Of a stretch of 64,000 bases of DNA, positions 63,822 through 64,000 are shown piece after piece. The notes under the pieces were generated by a model that had not been told where the DNA came from, ran no database searches, and saw only the letters and a list, made by a program, of their open reading frames with translations. Every line of letters begins with the position of its first letter. Position 1 is the first letter of the stretch. The translations under genes were made by a program, and so were the position numbers. Source of the DNA: an uncultured Bacteroidota bacterium (GTDB lineage: Bacteria; Bacteroidota; Ignavibacteria; Ignavibacteriales; Ignavibacteriaceae); contig CAVUCX010000072.1 of NCBI GenBank assembly GCA_963739955.1, positions 10,455 through 74,454 on the forward strand, read 5' to 3'.

Positions 63822-64000
63822 ATGGCACTTCTTAATTCTCTATTCTCAGGCGTTTCCGGTTTGCAGAATCTGCAAAAAATGATGGACGTTATCGGTAATA
63901 ATATTGCTAACGTTAATACCATCGGATTCAAAGGCTCACGCGTAACTTTCAGCGATACATTCAATCAGTTCATTAAATCCGGTACAAACCCTTCAGGTTC
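63822..64000 (+). CDS. flgE: Flagellar hook protein FlgE (N-terminus only; runs off the window)
   Basis: AGGAGG lies 5 nt upstream of the ATG at 63822. MALLNSLFSGVSGLQNLQKMMDVIGNNIANVNTIGFKGSRVTF is the conserved Flg_bb_rod N-terminus. There is no stop before nt 64000. Confidence 0.85.
   Translation, partial: MALLNSLFSGVSGLQNLQKMMDVIGNNIANVNTIGFKGSRVTFSDTFNQFIKSGTNPSG

Noticed and set aside
1-64000. A search by eye for tRNA, rRNA, CRISPR arrays, transposases, integrases, phage genes or defence-system genes.
   Set aside because: None was recognised. The only tandem repeats are the 8-nt TGCATG units and the short regulatory-type direct repeats, neither of which is CRISPR-like. Gene content is uniformly motility and signalling.
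1-64000. Assigning the organism, for example to Ignavibacteria or a related FCB-group lineage. The basis would be low GC, a TonB-type protein, a Bacillus/spirochete-like fla operon order and very PAS-rich kinases.
   Set aside because: The assignment is plausible but cannot be supported without a database comparison, so it is left as an untested impression.

Overview
This is a low-GC bacterial chromosomal segment devoted almost entirely to motility and chemosensing. All calls come from motif recognition in the supplied translations and from reading the DNA by eye. No database search was possible.

Layout:
- (i) 1-11.5 kb: four co-oriented giant mosaic genes combining glycosyltransferase, SAM-methyltransferase and TPR domains. 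They end just upstream of flagellin, so this is a probable flagellin-modification island.
- (ii) 11.6-17.7 kb: a late flagellar block. It starts with a sigma28-type promoter and a CsrA-type leader hairpin, followed by flagellin, fliS, fliD, a small ORF and flgM. A cytoplasmic histidine kinase and an NtrC-type sigma54 activator come next.
- (iii) 17.7-45.5 kb: a sensory island. It holds three PAS histidine kinases on the minus strand and a four-gene module (CheW / membrane PAS kinase / REC regulator / REC-kinase) present twice. It also holds two MCPs, a TonB-C protein, a hemerythrin and an atypical soluble MCP-like protein.
- (iv) 45.7-52.8 kb: a che operon ordered HEAT-repeat protein, cheR, two cheY, a CheZ-like gene, cheA, cheB and a small Cys protein. 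It contains no cheW.
- (v) 52.9-64 kb: a fla operon in Bacillus/spirochete-like order. The genes are flgB, flgC, an extra ORF, fliE, fliF, fliG, fliH, fliI, fliJ, a MotE/YlxF-like gene, fliK, flgD, a small flagellar operon protein, then flgE running off the window.

Main second-look items:
- At least 10 single-nucleotide frameshifts occur, 7 of them inside the duplicated sensory modules. One internal deletion has removed most of a LytTR domain, which shows that real gene decay is happening and not only sequencing error.
- CCGCTTA direct repeats with a 20-21 bp period, like LytTR-regulator sites, occur at two loci.
- A sigma28-like promoter followed by a terminator may define a small RNA.
- A hemerythrin is paired with a protein carrying two degenerate MCP-tip motifs.
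- The flgE leader is GC-rich and structured, and is preceded by a 4x 8-nt TGCATG tandem repeat.

I saw no tRNA, rRNA, CRISPR array, transposase or integrase. No fliA, rpoN, csrA or fliW lies in the window, so every regulon statement is inference.
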